DNA from: Candidatus Micrarchaeota archaeon
Lineage (GTDB): Archaea > Micrarchaeota > Micrarchaeia > Anstonellales > Bilamarchaeaceae
Assembly (NCBI GenBank): GCA_038046805.1
Contig: JBBSVO010000003.1
Location: 115,120-179,119 of the forward strand
Length of the DNA: 64,000 nucleotides
Reading direction: 5' to 3'
Each line of letters begins with the position of its first letter. Within the stretch, counting starts at the first letter, position 1. A program made the translations under genes and the position numbers. This document shows positions 59,336 through 64,000 of this stretch, piece after piece. The notes below the pieces were generated by a model. That model was not told where the DNA came from and did not search any database. It saw nothing but the letters and a program-made list of their open reading frames with translations.

Positions 59336-60940
59336 TTAGGATTTTTTGAAGTTGAATATATTTACCCTTAGATTCTTGTTTTTCTCAAGACCGGATATGG
59401 CCCATGCCAACAAAACTTTCTTAGTTTCTAAATACCTCCCTTTTCCTACCTCCACATTACCTATAGCGTATCTCTTGTTGCGTGTATTGAAACAAAACAT
59501 AGATTCGTGCACATTCTCGCAGTTATGGCAGAAATAGCAGTCAGTGCAGTTGTTTGAATGGTCAACCTCAAAACAGCGGGTTATTCTGGTTGAGAAATGA
59601 GAGTTTATAGAAAACTGCGCGTACCGCACTTCCCTGCATCCAAAACAGTACTCGGAATTTCGTGGGCAAAAGCAAAAGGCGCACAAACGGGACCACATGT
59701 TCTGGATACCATGATAACAATCAGAGGCATCAATAACCAGCGGGCAATCAATGTTATTTTGAAGCTTGCCTGCGAGCCAGAACGGGCAGAAATAAGCAAT
59801 CTTGGAGATTATTGTTGCCGCATTCTCAAGCGCTAAATGAGTTACTTCATCTTCGCTGAGTAAAAGCTTTTCTCCGAAGAAATACGCCTCATCCTGCATA
59901 AGCAGCCTATTCCTTGGAAAATCAAGGAAACTGGCAAAATCAGGTAACAAAAGTGCCTTTCCAGATGCACAGGACTTTTCTTTGTCCAACCGGATACTGG
60001 AGGCATCTGAAAGCCATTCGGAATAATCATCTAATCTTTCAAGTGGCTTTCCAAACAAAATGCCAGTTGTCTGGGAAAACGCCTTTTCTATTCCGCCTTT
60101 TTCCGTATTTTTAGGTTGCACTGGTGGCAACTTTGGCGCAGCGGCTACCAGATAGGAATAGTCTGGTTTTTCCTTTTCAACCAGCTCTGTTATGAATGGG
60201 AGCCTCTTGTCTTTTTTCAGCCTTTCTCTGATTTCGGCAAGCAACTTGTCCTTGAGGGAATAATATTTATCTTTTGAAAGCGAAAGGTTTCCTATTACAT
60301 ACCTCTTTGATTTTAGGTTGAACGAAAACATACACTCCATGCAGCTTGAAAGACCGTGTGAATAGAAACAATCTGAAGAGAAATCTGCTTTTGAAGTCAT
60401 AAAACAACGCGTTGATTCGCTGATCTCATTTGATTTGATTGAAAAGGAGGATGGACCAAACGCATAACAACCAAAAATATTTTCGCTATAGCTTCCGCGC
60501 GTAGAGTATGCAACATTCTTTGAAAACGCAACCCTCTCGGAATGCAGGACATAATGACATTCGGTTATCGTAGTACTTTGATCAATAAAACTGGAATTTC
60601 CGAGGATTATGTTGCCAGTGTATGCAATGCGCTCCCCGAGGATGGAGAGGATTGAATCTATGTCTTTTACCTCATCTATGCCCAGCGAATCCGTTTTTCT
60701 GTTGAAATCGATCTCGTCGTAGCCAACAAAATTGAAATCGCGGGCGTAATTAGTGCTTGCACAGATCACTTCTTTTCCGGAAACATGTGATTTTTTAACA
60801 AGGCGCGGTCCGTTCCCTTCGTATAACCATTTGGCATAATCATCCAAGTCTCCGACTTGCTCTCCAAGAAGAATTTTGCATGTAGACTGCCATTGTTTAT
60901 TCAGGTTAGCATACAGGCCTGGATCCGTGCTTGAAGGCAT
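59336..60940 (-). CDS. Cys/Ser-rich beta-solenoid-like repeat protein with an internal duplication
   Basis: Two halves, each beginning T..ILxG..LDDYxxWL and ending CMFSFNLKSKRYVIGN / SMFCFNTRNKRYAIGN. Confidence 0.8.
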   Translation of the reverse strand: MPSSTDPGLYANLNKQWQSTCKILLGEQVGDLDDYAKWLYEGNGPRLVKKSHVSGKEVICASTNYARDFNFVGYDEIDFNRKTDSLGIDEVKDIDSILSILGERIAYTGNIILGNSSFIDQSTTITECHYVLHSERVAFSKNVAYSTRGSYSENIFGCYAFGPSSFSIKSNEISESTRCFMTSKADFSSDCFYSHGLSSCMECMFSFNLKSKRYVIGNLSLSKDKYYSLKDKLLAEIRERLKKDKRLPFITELVEKEKPDYSYLVAAAPKLPPVQPKNTEKGGIEKAFSQTTGILFGKPLERLDDYSEWLSDASSIRLDKEKSCASGKALLLPDFASFLDFPRNRLLMQDEAYFFGEKLLLSEDEVTHLALENAATIISKIAYFCPFWLAGKLQNNIDCPLVIDASDCYHGIQNMWSRLCAFCFCPRNSEYCFGCREVRYAQFSINSHFSTRITRCFEVDHSNNCTDCYFCHNCENVHESMFCFNTRNKRYAIGNVEVGKGRYLETKKVLLAWAISGLEKNKNLRVNIFNFKKS

Positions 60941-60965
60941 AATCCATAATACTCGCTCAACAGTT

Positions 60966-62189
60966 TTAAGGATGGGGGTTCTCTACAGTGTGATTATCCG
61001 CCACCGTAAACTTCAGTAAAACCAGCGCAAACAGCGTCGTAGCAATCGCAAATACAAACGATGCATTTGTACCGAACAGGCTTTGCTCCCATAGTAATCC
61101 TGCAATAAGATTTGATGGGAGGGCCAGGATTCCTGCCACTGCACCATACAAACCGATTGCACTGCCATATTTTGATTCATCAAACGTTCTGGTAATGAAA
61201 ACCTTGGGTGCAGTTTCAATTATTGCCATGAAGACTCCTAGAATAGCAAGCGAGAGGAATGCAGACCAGATAAATGGATAGAATGCCATAAGGGCAATGC
61301 TCATTGCAAAAAGAGCAAAACTCGCCAAAATCGCGTTTTTTGCTCCGAATTTGTCAGAAAGATACCCTGCAGGAACTGCAAAAATCGTATAGAACAGGTT
61401 ATATGCCAAATAAATAATCGGAATCATAATCAACCCAACGATTGGATTTGCTTTAAGAAGAAAGAATGCCACGCTGAACTGCCCCAGAGTAAAAATGCCG
61501 ATTGCGACAAGGAACATTTTGTAATTTTTGATGGATAACAGCGCAGAAAAAGAAAACTTGTACCCATCTCCTATTCCGTCTTTTTTGTCCTTTACGAAAA
61601 ATATCAACGCAACTGCAATAATTGCAGGAATAAATGAGATAGCAAAAATGTTCCGGTATGCTGCACCAATTCCGTCTCCTGTAAAAAACAGGATAAGAAG
61701 TGCAGAAGCAAGAAGTGGCCCAATTGTGGCACCGGAAGAATCCATCATCTTAAGATAACCAAATGCACGGCCGAGATTTTCCTTTTTCTCGGACTGGGCA
61801 AGAAGAGAGTCGCGTGGTGCGTTGCGAATTCCTTTTCCAAGCCTGTCTAGGAATCTAAGAGCAACAACATGCTGCCAAATCGCAGCAAAGAAAAGAGCGC
61901 CTTTTGAAAGAGATGACAACAGATAACCTGCCAACATGGGCATTTTCCGTTTTCCTATTCTGTCCGAGTATACCCCGGCAATAAAACGCGAAACACCCGC
62001 AACGAATTCCCCTATGCTTTCCATGAATCCCAATACAAATACAGGGGCACCAAGAACACCTGTAAGGAAGAACGGGAGAAGTGGGAATATCATCTCGCTG
62101 CTTACATCGGTGAGAAAACTAATCGCACCGAAGAGTTTCGTATTTTTGCTTAAAGGAGGAAAAAGTTTTAGACCTGAAGGCACATGCAT
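60966..62189 (-). CDS. MFS transporter
   Basis: 12 TM; DVSSEMIFP, SDRIGKRK, DRLGKGIR. Confidence 0.93.
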   Translation of the reverse strand: MHVPSGLKLFPPLSKNTKLFGAISFLTDVSSEMIFPLLPFFLTGVLGAPVFVLGFMESIGEFVAGVSRFIAGVYSDRIGKRKMPMLAGYLLSSLSKGALFFAAIWQHVVALRFLDRLGKGIRNAPRDSLLAQSEKKENLGRAFGYLKMMDSSGATIGPLLASALLILFFTGDGIGAAYRNIFAISFIPAIIAVALIFFVKDKKDGIGDGYKFSFSALLSIKNYKMFLVAIGIFTLGQFSVAFFLLKANPIVGLIMIPIIYLAYNLFYTIFAVPAGYLSDKFGAKNAILASFALFAMSIALMAFYPFIWSAFLSLAILGVFMAIIETAPKVFITRTFDESKYGSAIGLYGAVAGILALPSNLIAGLLWEQSLFGTNASFVFAIATTLFALVLLKFTVADNHTVENPHP

Positions 62190-62241
62190 GAAAATTTGTT
62201 ATTCGACAAACATTTTAAACAGCTGTGCAGAAATTAAAGAT

Positions 62242-62742
62242 ATGCCTGAAATTTCTGAAGAACGAAAAAACGAGCTGAAGAATCCGATGGGCCGCATCAT
62301 AACTTACTCTGAACTCCAGTTTATATCCGGGAGATACAGAATTATTTCTGTAGGCGATATCTGCACTCTTGAACTTATTGCGCACGGAGTAACTCCATTC
62401 GTAGCAGTATTCGATTTCAAATATATGCGAAAACCGCTTGAGGCGGAAAAGGTGAAGATACTCAAAGAAAAGTTCAGAAGCCCCATTCACGTGACAAACG
62501 CTGCCGGAACAATATCGAAAATATCAGTCAGTGCGGCAAAAAAACTGCTAAAAAGTGAGAAAGGAGGGGCGATACTCGTTGATGGTGAAGATGACCTTGT
62601 TGCGCTTCCGTTTATCGCATTCGCGGACAGTAATACTGCAATAATTTACGGCCAACCAGATAAGGGAATGGTTTTTGTGCCGCCTGGAAGCGGCGCTGAG
62701 AAAAAGGCTAAGGAGATTCTAAAGGAGATTGGACTTTTGTGA
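62242..62742 (+). CDS. DUF359 / GTP-dependent dephospho-CoA kinase
   Basis: LKNPMG, VGD, NAAGTI, VDGEDDL, YGQP. Confidence 0.88.
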   Translation: MPEISEERKNELKNPMGRIITYSELQFISGRYRIISVGDICTLELIAHGVTPFVAVFDFKYMRKPLEAEKVKILKEKFRSPIHVTNAAGTISKISVSAAKKLLKSEKGGAILVDGEDDLVALPFIAFADSNTAIIYGQPDKGMVFVPPGSGAEKKAKEILKEIGLL

Positions 62743-62850
62743 TATAAGCAGTTAGCTACTTGCTTTTAGCCACTGAGTGCAGATTTGAAATGTTTTCCGT
62801 TCCGCCAGTTACTAATTGATTCCCACTTATTCATTTGCTGTTATATTCGG

Positions 62851-63039
62851 CTAATCCCCGCCGCTTCCCTTTGTCAGGAAAAACATAGCAACAAACGATG
62901 CGAGCGTTGTTACAACCCCCACGCCGACTTTTGTCATAAATTCATCATCTGGCCTTAGGGATTCCCAAAAATAGAACATGCCTACTCCAAATATTATTGC
63001 GATAATAAAAAGAACAACACGAACAAAGGTTTTGGACAT
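62851..63039 (-). CDS. Small 2-TM protein
   Basis: Two hydrophobic helices; GGTGA SD. Confidence 0.6.
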   Translation of the reverse strand: MSKTFVRVVLFIIAIIFGVGMFYFWESLRPDDEFMTKVGVGVVTTLASFVAMFFLTKGSGGD

Positions 63040-63083
63040 AGAGATTTCACCATCAAGACACAAGACCGGGAATCGAAGACCGG

Positions 63084-63338
63084 CTACTGTGGTACCGGTC
63101 CGCCACCCATCTTTGTGACTATAATTACATCTTCAACTGATTTTACGTTCTTGTACTGAACGCTCTTTTCCCTCAAGACCCTTTTTGCATCATCCTTGCT
63201 TGATGGAAGCTGTTCAATCAAAATTCTTGAAACCTCTCCTGATTCGACATCCATGATAAAATCCTGGGCATCGCCGAGATACTTGCCGCCATCCGTCATG
63301 ATATTCATCCCATACATCCTAGAGAGTCTTGTCGTCAT
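63084..63338 (-). CDS. PRC-barrel domain protein
   Basis: LSRMYGMNIMTDGGKYLG..DFIMDVESGEV..VKSVEDVIIV. Confidence 0.88.
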   Translation of the reverse strand: MTTRLSRMYGMNIMTDGGKYLGDAQDFIMDVESGEVSRILIEQLPSSKDDAKRVLREKSVQYKNVKSVEDVIIVTKMGGGPVPQ

Positions 63339-63413
63339 ATTAATCACCAAGTAATTGTTTTCGTTGAGAGTCTATTGCGGAAAAGATATATAAAGATATC
63401 CGATTGGCCAGAA

Positions 63414-63611
63414 GCTTTGGGCTTTTGGCCTTGGGCTTTGGGCAGTTACAGTTTTCAGTTCCGAGTTCCAAATAGAACGACGCATCGTTCTTGAGCACTT
63501 CAAAAACGACGTCTCGTTTTTGAGGATTTTAGAACGGATCGCCGTTCTAAAAGTGCTCGCGAAGGTTCTCTGCCCATTGCCCACAGCTCATTGCCAACTG
63601 CTAATAGCCAA
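63414..63611. repeat. Nested double-hairpin element flanked by heptamer arrays
   Basis: 56-bp doublet 63498-63553 inside GAGCA|TGCTC; 7-mer arrays at 63414-63469 and 63570-63611. Confidence 0.85.
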
Positions 63612-63651
63612 CCCATCACATTTTTATCTTTTACCTCTCTTAACCATTGCG

Positions 63652-64000
63652 ATGACTACTTTTCAGGATATTTTATCCAGGCCTTCTTTGTTCAATGACA
63701 CTAATGTGTTATCCCCACATTACGTGCCGGATACACTTCCATTCAGAGAAGCCCAGATAAAAGAAATAATGGAAACGGTTTCATCTGCATTGAGAGGACA
63801 AAAACCGAGAAATCTTTTTATTTATGGAAAAACCGGAACAGGTAAAACATGCTGCACAAAATACGTCATGGATAGATTCAATTCAAATTCTGAAAATAAT
63901 GGTAAGGGCGGAATGATGCAATACATAAACTGCCGTATATATAATTCGCGCTACAGGGTTTTGCAGAAAGTAATGAAACAATTTGTACCTGAGCTTGAAA
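63652..64000 (+). CDS. cdc6: Cdc6/Orc1 replication initiator (5' part)
   Basis: Not in ORF track. Manual translation MTTFQDILSRPSLFNDTNVLSPHYVPDTLPFREAQI..NLFIYGKTGTGKT..YINC. Confidence 0.93.
   Translation, partial: MTTFQDILSRPSLFNDTNVLSPHYVPDTLPFREAQIKEIMETVSSALRGQKPRNLFIYGKTGTGKTCCTKYVMDRFNSNSENNGKGGMMQYINCRIYNSRYRVLQKVMKQFVPELE

Noticed and set aside
529..63584. Many short ORFs in the track that are antisense to or overlap assigned genes (e.g. 529-750, 1376-1594, 7594-8139, 49617-50012, 63372-63584)
   Set aside because: Shadow frames of real genes, tRNA or repeats, with no motifs.
63350..63651. Replication origin upstream of cdc6
   Set aside because: Only one weak ORB-like string (GTTCCAAATAGAAC), which overlaps the repeat junction; no repeated ORBs or G-string. 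Cannot be supported from this window.

Overview
64 kb of an archaeal chromosome. The archaeal-type AlaRS, ThrRS and class I LysRS, TFE, Cdc6/Orc1, PAC2, an unlinked 5S rRNA, LxGC lipobox surface proteins and tRNAs with non-canonical introns suggest a DPANN organism, most likely Micrarchaeota; this is inference, as no search was run. It is mostly housekeeping DNA: translation genes, partial de novo purine pathway (two purP paralogs, purM, purB), rpiA, uppS, a TadA/TadC pilus module, a VapBC pair and one IS200/IS605 element. Less usual content: (1) a dispersed family of 55-62 bp inverted double-hairpin elements, REPIN/BIME-like in architecture, that keep structure while varying in sequence, nest in each other, and lie in a tRNA intron and in the IS; (2) two tRNAs (Lys-CTT, Asp-GTC), each with two BHB-type introns; (3) a five-gene VirB4-like ATPase/membrane cluster with no relaxase or coupling protein nearby; (4) a radical SAM enzyme with a CX17CX2C motif; (5) a second 64-bp MITE-like family, intergenic heptamer arrays and a 32-bp phased operator-like array. 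Some start codons were moved from the ORF track by eye.
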